A stretch of 37,832 nt of DNA, taken from the NCBI GenBank assembly GCA_943704415.1, contig CALSCO010000583.1, positions 1 through 37,832 of the forward strand, read 5' to 3'. The notes under the pieces were generated by a model. That model was not told the origin of the DNA and did not search any database. It saw nothing but the letters and a program-made list of their open reading frames with translations. A program made the position numbers and the translations under genes. The DNA comes from Parvularia atlantis (Eukaryota). This document shows, one piece after another, positions 21,854 to 34,645 of this stretch (positions are counted from its first letter, which is position 1; every line of letters starts with the position of its first letter).

Positions 21854-23819
21854 TCACGACTCTTTGGTCTCGCCTGGCTCGGCCAGCATCTGCTGACGCA
21901 GGTGGTCCTGCTGCTGCTGGAAGTCGGCCTGGAAGTCGTTCGAGCCGTAGTACGAGTACGACGACGTAGTCTCCGCAGCGCCGCCGCTGCTCCTCGGCAT
22001 AAAGGTCTGGACGGGCTGCGGCATGAACGCCACGGCGGGTGCGAGCGTCGGCGGCGGCGGCAGCATCGACGACACTGCGGGCGCAGCCGCAGCCGCAGTG
22101 GCGTTCGCGTTCGGGTTGATCACGTCCACATAGCGCGCACGTGTCGGCTTGCGCCCCTTCGCCCCTCCCGGCGCACTCGCAGGCGCGGCTGCTGGCTGCT
22201 GCTGCGACTGTTGCTGCTGCTGGTACGCCGGCTGTTGCTGCTGCTGGTACGCCGGCTGTTGCGGCTGCTGGTACGCCGGCTGTTGCGGCTGTGGGTACGC
22301 GGGCTGTTGCGGCTGTGGGTACGCGGGCTGCTGATATCCCGGCTGCTGGTAGGCCGGCTGTTGGTAGGCCGGCTGTTGGTATGCAGGCTGCTGCGGCTGC
22401 GGCTGCGGCTGCGGCTGCGGCTGCACTGGCTGAGGCATCTGCGTCGCCTTGGGCGGGGGCGGGGGCGGCGCGGCCGATGGCGGCGGATCACCCTAGCGCG
22501 CGCCCCAGGCCGTGAGCATGCACCCATCGCCTGCCGCGAACGCACCTTCGCGTTGACCCAACGCTTCTGCACGGGATCGTACTTGTACTGCATCTCGTCG
22601 CCCAAGTTGACCTCCACGCGCTTCTTGCCGCCAAAGAGGAACCCGCCAATGCGCCCAAACAGGCCCGTGTTGGCCTCGTCCTTCTTCTCGCCCGCCTTGT
22701 CCGCCTTGTCCGCCTTGTCCGCCTCGGGCGCCGCAGGCTTGCTCGGCTCAGGCTGCTTGGCGGGCTCGGGCACGGGGCGCGTGGGCATCGGCGCCATCGA
22801 CTGCGCATACATCGGCGAGCTTGTGATAGGCGAGAGCGTCGCACTACCGCCACCGACGCCACCGCCGCCGCTGTAGTCGAACGCGGTCGTGGACGCCGAC
22901 GCCGGCGGCAGCTGCACCGACGACCGGCTCGGTGCGATCAGCGTCGGCATGCTCGCGCTCGTGTTGGCGCCGAGGCCGGGCGGCGCGGCACCGCTCGGCC
23001 CGGCGGGCGCCTTGCTGTCGCCCTCGCCGATCACCAAATCCAAGCCGCGGTCGAGCAGCGACCGGAACCCGCTCGAGAGCCAGCTGCCAGTCGTACTAGC
23101 GTCGATGTCGACCTCGGCACCGGACGCGCTCTGGCTCACGCCGTGCAGCCGCAGTCGGTTCGACAGCTCCGTCGCCACAGCCAGGAGCATCGGGATGCCC
23201 TTCGGCGCGCCCGGCTGCGCACGCACCGCACGCGGCACGTCAGCACTGACCACGCGTCGTCGTTAGACACACACCTGGCTCTGCAGGGCGCGCAGCGTAT
23301 GTGCAACCGCGTCCGTGTACTGTGCCGCCTGCGCCGTCAGGCCCACATCTGCGAGCAGCGAGGCGTACTGCCGCCGCGCCGTCAGCAGACCAATTCGCAC
23401 GCGCAGACGCACACGCACGCACCACGAGCTTGGTCGGAGCGAGCCACAGGTACGGCAGCGGCCCGGCCGCCTTGCGCGCGTGCTCGACGACTTCGGTGCG
23501 CTGAAACGACAGCACGTCGAACACGTTGGCTGCGAGCGACGGTACGCGCCGCCCGACCAGCGCCGTCGGGTGGTACGCCGCGTCCGACAGCAGCAGGCAC
23601 ACGTGCGCGGCCTCGGGGCGGTTACTCGTCTGCAGGCGCTCGGCCAGGCGCGCCCACACGTCTGGGCCGATGCCGGCCGTGCAGTGGTTGAGCAGCATCG
23701 CCGCGTGCTCGCGCCACCGCCCGACCATCTCGCTCGTGTCGGGTGCCGTCGCTGCGCCCTGGCCCTGCGCGAACGCCAGCAGCAACAGCTTCACCGGTTC
23801 GCCTGGCCCACCCACGCGT

Positions 23820-23851
<32 letters not shown>

Positions 23852-24846
23852 CAACACGGCTCGGCGATGAAGCGCACCGGCCTGGAACGACGCCGCGGCA
23901 AACTGCGCCAGCACCGCCGCCGACGCCGGTCGCGGCAGGAGCATCGACAGACTCAACGCGTGCGCCCACATCCCGGCCGCTACGGCACGCTGCAGCGCCT
24001 CCTGCTTTTGGCCCAGTAGCAGCAGGCTTTCGATCTCGGCCGCCACCTGCGCCTTCTCGGCCTCGGAACGTGTGCGCACGGGGGCGGCGAGGGCCCCGCC
24101 GAGGTCGTTCGCAAACGCGCTCAGCTGCGAGCGGTCCTCGAGCAGCGCGGTGCGCAGCTGTTCCTCAGCCATTGGGCTGCGCACCATGTGAGTCGGCTAA
24201 CGGTCGCGGCCGGCACGAGCGACCGACGCACTTGCCCACCAGGCTGCCCTGGTGCTCCAGCAGCAGCTTGAGCACGCTCCACAGCAGCACCGTGTCGTTC
24301 GAGGCGTACATGGACGACGTCTCGGCCACCATCGCCGCCAGCCGCTTGAGCAGCTCGGCGTCGCCACCCTTGCGCAGCGGGCCGGGCCAGGACGACAGCG
24401 AGCTGGTCATGCGGTGTCAGCCATGCGCTACCGCAAGAGACCGCGCGACCGCACTGCAGCCAAACAGACTCGCTCGCCAGCTCGGCCACACGTCGCAGCT
24501 GCGCGTAAGCACAGTCAGCAGATGCCGCGGCCCGTGCCCGCAGCCGCGCACGTGGATCTGCCCTGGCATGACGCTTGACACGACCGCCTGCGCCGTCGAG
24601 TCGAAGCGCTGCTGCTCGTACGGGAACATGAGCACGAGCTGGCCTGCAGCCGCGCACTGGTTGAGCACCGCGCCGAGTGTGACGGCAGCGCACCGCCAAA
24701 GCCAAACGAGGCGATCGCGCGCGGCTTGCGGTTGAGCGGGTCATGGAAAGCCGGCTTGAGGGGCACCCTGCGTACGCGGCTGAGCGCCGCGCAACAAGCC
24801 ACAGCCGACGCACTGGTACTGCTGCCCGTACGCCTGCTGGTCGTAG

Positions 24847-24885
<39 letters not shown>

Positions 24886-26820
24886 AGATAGTACGCATCC
24901 TGGGGTGTGGCCGAGGTCGGCGTCGGCTCGGCAGCGGCCGCGGCAGCCACGGCCTCCTGCTGCTCCGGCGTGTAGTAGTACATGTAACCCTGGCTGTCGT
25001 AGTAGATCGACTGTGGCGCGGGCGCGTGAGCCCTTGGCCATGCGGTGCGCACGCGGGCACACGCACCTGGCTCGCGTTGGCGTCGTAATAAAACAGGTTG
25101 CCCTGCGCGTCGTAGAACGCGACGTACTGCGGCTGCTGTGCCTGCGCCTCGCCGTACTGCGGCTGCGCGGCCGGCTGCTGCTGGTGCGGGATGGCAGGCG
25201 GCGTGTCTGGGGCCGTGCCCGCGTCGCCCGCGCGCACAAGCCGCGTCCCGCACTTGGAGCAGAAGTTGGCGTCGCTGTCGTTGCGCCGCTTGCACGCCGG
25301 GCACGGGACCTGCTCGGGGTGCGACTGCGACGAGAACGACGACAGCGACATGCGGTCCGTCTCGTCGGCCTCCGAGCTGCGGCCGGCGTCAGCGGACCGC
25401 GGCAGTGGCAGTGATGGGGCAGCCGCACCGCATCGACGCCGACGGCTGGAACAGCGTGTCGTCGGCGGGCGTGCTGCCGTGCGTGCCGTTGGTGCTGCCG
25501 TTGCCGCCCTGCACCGAGGATGACGCCTTGCTGGCCGCGATGCTCTGCACGATGTCGTCCAGGTCCGTCTGCGGCACGGGTCAGCGTTGCCTCCGCGGGT
25601 TGTGCGCGCGGCCGCACCTGTGAGTCAGTCCGGTGGTGGTTTCGCGCGTCGTCCGCGAGTGCGGAGGAGACGCTGTGCGCGATAGCGGGCACGGGCGCGG
25701 CCGTCTCAAAGTGCGCCGCAAACGACGACGGCGCCGGCGCAGCGACGCCGGTCGGTACGTCCTCAAACTCGCTCTCGTCGAGCGCCACAGCCGCGGCCGC
25801 GGCCGCTGTCGCCACCGCCGCCGCTGTCGCCGTGGCCGCAGCTGCCGCATCGCTCCCGCCGTCCACGTCGAGCGCCTGCTGGTCTGCCGCGCCATCCAGC
25901 TCGTCGACCAGGTTGACGGTGGCGCCAGTGTCGTCGTCCTCGTCCAGCGGCGCAATCGCAGCCGGGGCCGAGAACGCGTCGTGTTTGGCGGCGGCCGTGT
26001 CGATGTTGGGCTTGGCGGCCGCGTTTTCCCCGTCTTCGTCGACCGTCTCCACCGGCACGGTCGCGGGCGCGCTCGTCGTCAGCAGCACGTCCTCTGCCGC
26101 GAGCACGTCCAGCGACGCGACTGCAACGTGCGTTCGCGTCAGCATCACCGCGCGTGCACCGTCGCGATCACGCACTGGATGCGTTCATCCCACTCGCGCT
26201 CGCCGGCTCACTGCTCAGGCTGTCCCAGAAGGCGTCGACGTCGTCGCCCGGTGCTGCTTGCGTGTCCTTCTGCGCTGCGTCCTGCACGGGCGTGGTGCCG
26301 AGCGTGCTCCAGAAGGCTGCATCGTCCGCCTGCTGCTGCTCCGCCCGCTGCATCGGTGCTGACGGCTGCTGCTCCGGCTCGGGCACCGCCGCGACCGTGT
26401 CCCAGAATGCGAGCGGGTCGACGTCCTTTTGCTGCGCCTGCTCCTCCTGCGTCGTCTGGTGCTGGACCGCGGCCTGCTGCTCGGTCGCGCCGCCCGCGTA
26501 GGCGGCCGGGTCGGCGTACCACGTGTGGCCCGAGACGGGGTCGTACCCGCACAGCGCCCCGCTCGCGTCGTAGTAGTACTGGAACTGCGCCGGGTCGCCG
26601 TAGACGGCGCCACCTGCGACGCCGCGCGCCCCACGTCGCATCAGTTGACGTGCGCGCCGCCTGCCCGCACCGCACCGCCCGCGTCGCTCGCACCACCCGC
26701 CGTCGCGGCCGTCATGGGCGCCGCCGCCGCGTCGCTCGGGGCAGCGGCAGCGGTGGCGGCCGCCGCGTCGAGCCACGCCGCGTCGCCGCCGCCGCCGAAG
26801 AGCGTGGACACATCACCCAT
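21854..26820 (-). CDS. SEC16: COPII scaffold protein Sec16; many introns
   Basis: RAIASFGFGG, WPGPL, LLWSVLKLLLEHQG, IESLLLLGQKQEALQRAVAAGMWAHALSLS, WREHAAMLL, AAHVCLLL, FQRTEVVEHA, YASLLADVG; C-terminal VNLGDEMQYKYDPVQKRWVN and RARYVDV. The start ATG 26820 is inferred. Confidence 0.88.
22211..22425 (-). repeat. Tandem coding repeats (QQPAY/QPQQPAY and QP) in the Sec16 C-terminal tail
   Basis: Visible 15-21-nt units such as ctgctggtacgccggctgttg, and (ggctgc)n. Confidence 0.9.
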
Positions 26821-26870
26821 GTGCTTCGCTTCTCAAGTGCGCGCTGCTCATGCCGGATGAGGCGAAGGTA

Positions 26871-27182
26871 ATGGCGGCGAATCAGCAACGGCGAGCGGCA
26901 GCGACCGCGGCGCATCTCGCGCGGCGGCGGCTGCTGGCCGAGCGGCGCGAGCGCGGCGGCGACGTGACGGTGCGGCGCGTCACGTGTGCATCGCGGCGTG
27001 GCGCTCATGTGGCGGGGAGGCAGACGTCGGCGCGCGTCGCGCGGCTCGCGATCGACGGGCACGCGCCCGCGCAGAGGCTGCTGGCCGAGGCAGCCGTGCG
27101 CGCGGCCGACACGCTCTGGGCCGAGCTGACCGGCGAGCTCGCGGGCGAGATCGACGGGGCGGTGGAGGCCGTGGCGCGGTGA
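26871..27182 (+). CDS. Small orphan protein (~85 aa, one intron 26970-27023)
   Basis: ATG GCG GCG AAT...; a canonical GTGCGG...CTCAT...GCAG 54-nt intron; helical, basic N-half and acidic C-half (LWAELTGELAGEIDGAVEAVAR*). It fills an otherwise empty gap. Confidence 0.55.
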   Translation: MAANQQRRAAATAAHLARRRLLAERRERGGDVTVRRVTCASRRGAHVAGRQTSARVARLAIDGHAPAQRLLAEAAVRAADTLWAELTGELAGEIDGAVEAVAR

Positions 27183-27243
27183 CAGTGGTGGGGGTGGGGG
27201 GAACATCGTGGTCGACAAACAAAGAGCAAGCAAAGCATGAGGA

Positions 27244-30200
27244 TCACAGCCCGCGCGACGACGCGCGCCGCGCCGGCCGCTCGGTCAGGTGCGACAGGTC
27301 GACCCAGCCGAGCACGTTGGACGACAGGCCGAGGGCAAAGTACGGCGCCTGAGCGCACCGGCAGACGTCAGCACCGACATCGACCACGCGCGCGGGAGAC
27401 GCACTGGCAGGTCGCGCACGAGCACGCAGACCTCCTCGCCCGCGAAGAACGAGAGCATGTCGATCGAGTCCTTGCGGTGGTCGCTCTTGGCGACGTACAG
27501 CTTGGCGCCGGGGCTGCGCGCACGCCCCGTCAGCACTGCACACTGCAGACGACGCGCACTGACCTTGCCGGCAGCAGCTCCGGGATCTGCGCCAGGCCCG
27601 CGCTTGACAGGTTGAGCAGCAGGTTCGGCGTGACCTGCGGGGCGCGCGTCACGCGACGCAGCGACCGCGACGTGCGCCGCCGCACTGTGCCGACGACGCC
27701 CTCGCAGCCGCACATCCAGCAGTTGTCCATCGTCTTGAGCACGAAGACACGCTCGCCTGCGCAACACGCCGTCAGTTCAAAACTCGTGGTTGCGCGCCCG
27801 CACGCACCGCGCAGGAACATGAGCTCCTCCTCGGTCTCGGCCAGGTGGTCCGACTTGGCAATGTACAGACCAGGCGTCTTAAACTGCGCGGGGCATGCGT
27901 CAGGGCATACTTCGCCCCAAGCAGACCAGCACTAGCACGCACGCTCGCGAGACCCCCGCTGCCGACGGCCTTGAGGTATGCCATCATCAACTGCTGCACT
28001 TCGGCGTTCATCTGCACCAGGACCGGGTCGTTGTCGGGCACGTCCAGCTCGATTGTCGAGAACGTGTGCTCCATCGGGCGCCGCGGCCGCGGCTCGCGCT
28101 GCAGCGGCCCGTCCACGCTCGCGCCGTCCTGCGACCCGCGCGACAACGCCTCCTGCCGTTCGCGCGCATGTGAGACGGTGCCGCGCGGCACGCCATAGAC
28201 GCACGTCAAACGTGCTGGAGCTGTCGGACGAGGCGTTCGTGGACGCGTCCGGCTGCGTCGACTGCGCGTCGTCCAACAGCGCGCGCTTGATGTCCTTGAC
28301 CTGCGCGCTCTTCCCGGCCGGGCGCATGTGCGACGCTGACGCGTCGTCAGGCGAGGCCGAACACGGGGCGGCAGGCGCGCACCACGGTAGAGCACGCGCG
28401 TGATGCGCTTGGACGACGCGCTGCGGACAGAGTTGAACCTGCGCGGCGCACCCCATCAGCCCGCGTCCATCCGCACGGCGCAACGCCCGCACCGCTCCAC
28501 GAAGATATCACGCGCCGCGGCCGACTCAAACGCCATAAAGTACTCCTGGCCGGTGCTGATGACCTCTGGCGGAGAACAGTTTTTAAAGGCCGACGAGGCT
28601 CGAGCGCGCCGGAGCACAGAGCACGCACGGATGCGCACGCCGATCTTGGCCGTGGCCAGGCTCAGGAGGCGCTGCAGCGGCTCCATCTCCTTCTTAAGGC
28701 TCTCGATCTTCTTGATCGTCTCGTCCTCCGTGCGCTTTGCACTGCGGGCACGGCGAGCCGTCAGCCACTCTGTGCCGCGCCTCGCCCAGCGCACGCACTA
28801 GATGGCGGCCTCGGACTTGCTGCGCTGCAGCGGCGTCGTCTGCGACGCGGCTGACGCGGCCGCGATGCGCTTCGTCCCCGACAGCAGTTGGTTCTGCTTC
28901 TCAAGCTCGCGCTGGCCGCAGCCGTCGTGAGCCGAGTCAGGCGCGCGCGTGGCGGTCTTGCACGGCACCGTCAGGTCGCGCAGCTCACGCGACACGTCGG
29001 CCTCGAGCGGCGCGCCTGCGTCCTTCCACTTGTCGGGCACGTCGAACGGCGTGACGCTCAGCGTCATCACGGGGCACATCCACTCAAGCAGGAAGTGGCG
29101 CTGCTCGTCCTCGTCGTCCGTCAGCACCGACGACAGCCGCGCCGTGTCCTTCTTGGCTGTGGCAGGCGTCAGTGGCGGCCGCGGTGGTTGCGCAGGCGGC
29201 ACGCACACGGCGAGGACACGTTCGAGATGCCGGCGTACTGCTGCGCGTAGCCGCACACGACTGCGTGGTTGAGCACGCACAGCCGCACGATCGACCGCGA
29301 CGACTCGGTCACGGCCACGACGTCGGCCGTCCAGCGGACCGAGAGCGCTGCGCACGGCCTGTCAGCGCGATACGGCCACAGCGTGGGCTGGACGACGCAC
29401 CGGCGCGGCGCGGCTTGTTGGATGCGGTCGCGCGCAGCACTGCCGGCGTACGCCGCGACATGGACGGCGAGCGGTCGCTCTGGCGTGCGATGTCTGGGTT
29501 CTCGAGCGTGAACGTGAGCTGCGCGCAAGCACGGTTAGGCGCGCGACGGCAGGCCGCGCGGGCGTGCCTTGTTGACGCGCTGCAGGATCGGCACCGACAC
29601 AAACGCGATTGACGCGGCCAGGCTGCTCGTGAGCTTGCCCGTGGCGGGCGTGGGGTGCTGCACGTGCCACTGCGGCGGCGGGGCGGTGAGTGAGCGGCGA
29701 CAAGCCAAGCTGCGACGCCGCGCACCAGCAGCACTTTCGACACGGGCATCTGGCTGATTGTCTGCGAGCGCTGGAGCTGCGTCGTGTGGCTATCGGAGCG
29801 CGTTGTCAGGAACAGGTTGCGCAGCTCGTCGCGCGTCGGGACGTCGTCCACGGCGATGACGATGCTGAGCCCGTTCGAGAAGACCATCAGCCTCGCCTGT
29901 TCGCGTCTCACAGCCGCGCACCTCCGCCCGGCGTCCGGGCCCGAGTTGACCGTGATCTGCAGGCCGACCTGCGCCTTGTTGAGGTTGTACAGCGCACGGG
30001 CATGCACCAACTGCGCCTCAAACTTGCTCTGCGCGCACGCGCACGTCAGACCGCCGTGCTCTCACAGCGAGCAGCGCACTGCGCTGCACCGCATTCAACT
30101 CGAGGTCGTTCGCCTCGACCTGCGCCCACGCCGCCGCCGTGGACGACTTGGTCTGCTTCGCGTACAGCTCGCCCATCTCCTTGGCCTTCTTCTCCATCAC

Positions 30201-32276
30201 GGACGCTGCGCGCGCGCGCGGGCTTAGTTAGCCGGGTGGCGCACAGGCAACGCCGGCGGGTCGCACCCTGCTCGAACGCCTTCTCGAGGCGCTGCATGTC
30301 GTCGAACGCCTTGGCCGCGTCGGAAAAGTTGTTGCCCTTGACCGGCTCGACCATGGGGTAGACGGTCATCTGCACTCGCACGGCGCGTCATCGACTCACC
30401 AAACGCACATGCAACGCGCCACGCACGTCGTGGATCGAGTAGAACCACTCAAGCTCGAGCGCCGGCGGCGGCGCGTTGGCCGCCAGCGGCACCGGCGTCC
30501 CGGGACTGGCCAGGAGCAGCGTGGACGAGGCAGATGCCAGGAGAGCGCTGAGAGGGCGGTGTCAGCCAACGTGCCGGCCGGCACGGGACACGCACCTCGT
30601 GCTGCGCTGAGCGATGAGCGGTGGCGTCGACCGGCTCGCATCGCCCTTCAGCATGGGCGAGCCCGTGACGCTGGCACGCGTGAGCACCTTGACGCACAGC
30701 CACGCGTCGTTGAAAATGATGAGCTGCCTGCTCCGTACGCGCGGTCAGCAAGTCGGCCGCGCTGCATGTGCGGACGGCCGTGCCTCTGCTGGCGGTTGCC
30801 CTCGGCGTTGATCATGATAATCGCGATCTCACGTAGCACCTGCCGGCCCGTGTTGACGAGCTTGACGGCGCCCTGCACCGCGGCTGAGCCACCGAGCACG
30901 CCAGAACGCGAGCGAGGACGAACGCACGCGCAGGCGACGGTCGAGCGCGCGAACCTCGATGCGCTTCTCGGCCTCGCGGCGGCGCTCGTCCATGTTTTGC
31001 GCGACGCTGTGCACCTGCGCCACGCCCGTGCGTTAGCGTGCCCAGCAGGCTGCCACGGTGCCGCACCCGCCGGATGAGGCGCTGCAGCCGCGACAGCTCC
31101 GGGTGCTTCGGGCGGTACGACTCGGCGAGCCGGCCGAGGAGCAGCTTGTAGTGCGGGAAGCGCTGGATGGGCGTGATGAGCAGGTCGCTCAGGTCAAGTC
31201 TGCGCGGCGACCGTCAGCGTACAGCAAAGCAGAGACGCGCGTCGCATGCGCACCGTGTGCTGCTCGCGGCGCGGCTGTCGTCGAGGAAGGTGTTGAAGGC
31301 CTGGCTACGTGCGCGCTGCTCGCGCAGAAAGTCGATTGCGTCCTCGTACTGCGTCGCGTAGATCTGTGTGCGCGCGCGGGGAGGTCAGCCGTCGCTCAAC
31401 GGTCGTGCGCCGCGGTGCGCGCCTGGTAGCAGTGCTGCAACGTCTCCGAGACGGTCTCGAAGGCGTCGCTCACGCGCTGGAAGAGGTTCCAGCGGTCGAG
31501 CTTGGCGCGCAACTGGCGCAGGAGCACTTCGTGGCAGTCAAGCAGGTTCGAGATCTGCTGGCGCTGATGAGTGGCAGGCGTTGTCGGCTGTGAGCGCGCG
31601 CCGTGCGTGCCTCGGCAAAGACGAGGTCGATCTGCGCCTCGTCCAGCAGCTCGTTGTCGCCCGCGAGGCGCGCGCGCAGCGGCCGCTCGTAGAAGCGCAG
31701 GAGCACGCGCAGATGGTTGACGTAGTTGTTCTCGGTGTCGAGCAGCTCCTGAGGGTCGGCGCCGGCTCAGCGCCCCCGTGTCACAAACCGCGGCGCGTCA
31801 CACGCCTCCATGATGCGCTGGCGCTTGTCATGGTTGTGCCGGAGCGTGCGCACGACGTTGCGCCGCCGCACGAGCGCCTGCAGCCGCGTCACGGCGCGCA
31901 CGATCTGGGCGCCGCGAAATGCGCGTCATGGCCAGCCGCGTCACGGCGACGAGCGCGCGCACCGCGCTGTTGCTGCTCCCACTGCCACCACCGCTGATGC
32001 TGCTGCTCGTCTTGGACGTGCCCGCGCCGCCCTTGGATGTGCCCGCGCCGCCCTTGGACGCGCGCTTGCCTGCAGGATGCGCGCCGTCAGTGACGGCGAT
32101 CCCTTCCACACAACGAGCAGCGACGCACCGCCCGGCGCCACAGGCGGCCGCAGCACCTTGGCCGCCGACGCGGCCGCCGCCTGCGCCGCGGCCTGGCGCG
32201 CGCCCGCGCTGGCGGCGTGCGAGGGCACGGCGACGACGACGCGCTCGCCGTTGACGTCGATAGTGACCTGGTCCAT
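27244..32276 (-). CDS. Rho guanine nucleotide exchange factor: IQ motif, DH, PH and two degenerate C-terminal SH3-like domains; more than 20 introns
   Basis: IQ-like VTRLQALVRRRNVVR; DH RQRIMEELLDTENNYVNHLRVL and LSDLLITPIQRFPHYKLLLGRL; PH RQLIIFNDAWL; SH3-like YIAKSDHLAETEEELMFLRGERVFVL and YVAKSDHRKDSIDMLSFFAGEEVCVL...GWVDLSHL. Confidence 0.85.
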
Positions 32277-32501
32277 TCGAGGAGCGCGGATGCGGCGACG
32301 GCGGCGTCGGATCTGCGCCTCGCCGCTATTGGCTGCCGCGCGCTGCTCTCTCTCTCTCTCTTTCTGCGCTGGCGCGGCAGCCGCGTGAGAGAGAGCCGCG
32401 CAGGAGGCCCAAAGCCTGAAGCAGAACGAGTGTTTGAAGTATGGATACGTCTCATTTGTGCTCCAACCTCAGCCGTGATGCACAGAGGCGGTCTAGGTGC
32501 G

Positions 32502-34631
32502 ATGTCGCTGCGCCGCCGCATGTGTCGCGCCGTCCGCAGCGGCGCGGCGCGGCCGCCCCGGCGCGAGCTCGCGGTCGAGCGCAACCTGGACGCGGTCGTG
32601 CGGGTCAACTGCGTCGCCGTCAGCCCGAACTGTGCGCCGATCGGCGCGGCGGTGAACGGGCGGGTGAGTGCGCATGTGCACGCAGACGTGCAGCCGTGGA
32701 CGGTGAAGCCGCAGCGCGAGTCGACCGGATCGGGCTTCGTCGTGGGCGGGCGGCGCATCCTGACGAACGCGCACGTCGTGGCCGACCAGAGCGCGATCTT
32801 TGTGCGGTGCGCGCGCTGGCGCTGCGCCTCTTCGCGGCCTGCTGTCTGACGAGACTGTGCAGATCGCACGGGTCGCCGCACAACCACGTCGCGCGCGTCG
32901 TCGCCGTCGGGCACGAGTGCGACCTAGCCGTCCTCGCCGTCGACGACGACCAGTTTTGGCAGTTTGCCGGCCGCCCGATGGAGTTTGGCGACCTGCCCGA
33001 GCTCAACGACGAGGTCGGCGCAAGGGGCGGCCCTGCTCTACTCGCTCACACGGCGAGGCGAGGCGCGCAGGTCACCGTCGCCGGCTACCCAATTGGCGGC
33101 GACACGGTCTCGCTCAGCAGCGGCGTCGTGTCGCGCGTCGAGCTGCAGCAGTACACGCACGGTGCCGTGATCTGAGCTGCGCGGGCTCGACGTCGCGTCT
33201 GACTGATCGTGCGCACAGGCGCGACGCACCTGCTGGCGATGCAAATCGACGCCGCCATCAACCCGGGCAACAGCGGCGGGCCGGTGCTGAGGTGCGCCGG
33301 TCTGGCGCGCGCCGTGGCCGCGCTTGCTAAGCAGTGCGGCGCAGCTCGGACGGGCGCGTGGTCGGTGTCGCGTTCCAGGCGCTCATGTCGGGCAACAGCG
33401 TCGGGTGCGCGCGTGTGGCCACGCGGCTGCGCTGAGGCTGCCCGCGCAGGTACGTCATCCCGCGCCCGGTCATCTCGCACTTCCTGCGCGACATCGAGCT
33501 GCACGGGCGCTACACGGGCTTCTGCCAATTTGGCTTCTTCGTGCAGTGGCTCGACAACCAGCAGTTGCGGCGGTACTTCCGCCTCGCGCCGCAGCAGACG
33601 GGCGTGATGGTCTCGCGGCTGCTGCCGCTGTACCCGGCGCAGACGCTGCTGCGCCAACACGACATCCTGACGGCGATCGACGGCATCCCCATCGGCAACG
33701 ACGGGACAGTGCGGCGCATCGCCTCGACGCGTGCGGCACGCTCACAGCCCGCTCGCTCGCTAGATTCCGTTCCGCAAGCGCGAGCGCGTCCTGTTTGACA
33801 ACCACCTGCTCAACAAGTTCCCTGGCGACGTTGTGCGCTTCTCGGTGCTGCGCGACGGCGAGGCGTGCGAGGCGCGTCGCGCGGCCGGCCGTGCGTGCGC
33901 GCACACGCTCACGGCTGCAGCGCAGGCCCCGCTGCCGGCCGTGAGCATCCCGCCGCTCGTGAGCGTGCACGAATACGACCGGCACCCGGCCTACTTCATT
34001 TACGCGGGCCTCGTCTTCATGGCGCTGGCGCAGGTGCGAGTGCTGTGCGAGTGTCCGTCTTGCTGACCGCGCCGCCAGCCCTACCTGCACGAGTGGGGCG
34101 AGCACTGGGTGTCACAGAGCCCGCGGCGCCTGGTCGAGAAGGCGCTCAACGGCAACCGGCGCGAGCACGACGAGCAGGTGCGCGTGCACCGTGCCGCGCG
34201 CACGTCTGCTCACGCGGTCTGGCGCGTCTGGCGCAGGTCATTGTGCTGTCCAAGGTGCTCACGGACGAGCTCAACTACGGCTACCAGCGCTTCGTCAACC
34301 TCGAGGTGCTCGCATACGACGGGCAGCCCGTGCGGTGCGTTCGTTGCGCGTCGCTCGTCTTGCACGGCCGCGGCCGACACGCGCACGCGCGCGCACAAGC
34401 AACCTGCGCCATCTGCACGAGCTCGTGCACCGGCAGACGGGCGAGTACGACGAGTTCGAGCTCGACAACCAGCTGTCGGTGCGCTGCTATGTGTGCGCAA
34501 CACGCAGGCGCTGAAGGCCCTGAGGCACGCAGATCATCCTCAACCGCCGCGACGCCGCCGAGGCCTCGCCGCGCATCCTCGAGCGGCACCGTGTCCCTGC
34601 CGGGTTCGCGTCTCACTTGCCATCTTTGTGA
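32502..34631 (+). CDS. Deg/HtrA serine protease (plant Deg2/9/10-like, protease domain plus two PDZ-like domains), possibly organelle-targeted
   Basis: PNYVQPW...STGSGF, catalytic triad ILTNAHVV / GHECDLAVL / QIDAAINPGNSGGP, GIPIGNDGTIPFRKRER, PAYFIYAGLVF, QVIVLSKVL. The N-terminus is Arg-rich. The start could be 32478 or 32502; TGA 34629-34631. Confidence 0.9.
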
Positions 34632-34645
34632 CGATCTGCTGTTGG

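Noticed and set aside
22211..22425. Regularly spaced repeats resembling a CRISPR array
   Set aside because: The units are in-frame coding repeats (QQPAY) without unique spacers, and the locus is eukaryotic with no cas genes.
23820..23851. (CTG)n tracts here and at about 18190-18221 read as polyQ, polyL or polyC peptides
   Set aside because: They are intronic microsatellites abutting the branch point and are removed by splicing.
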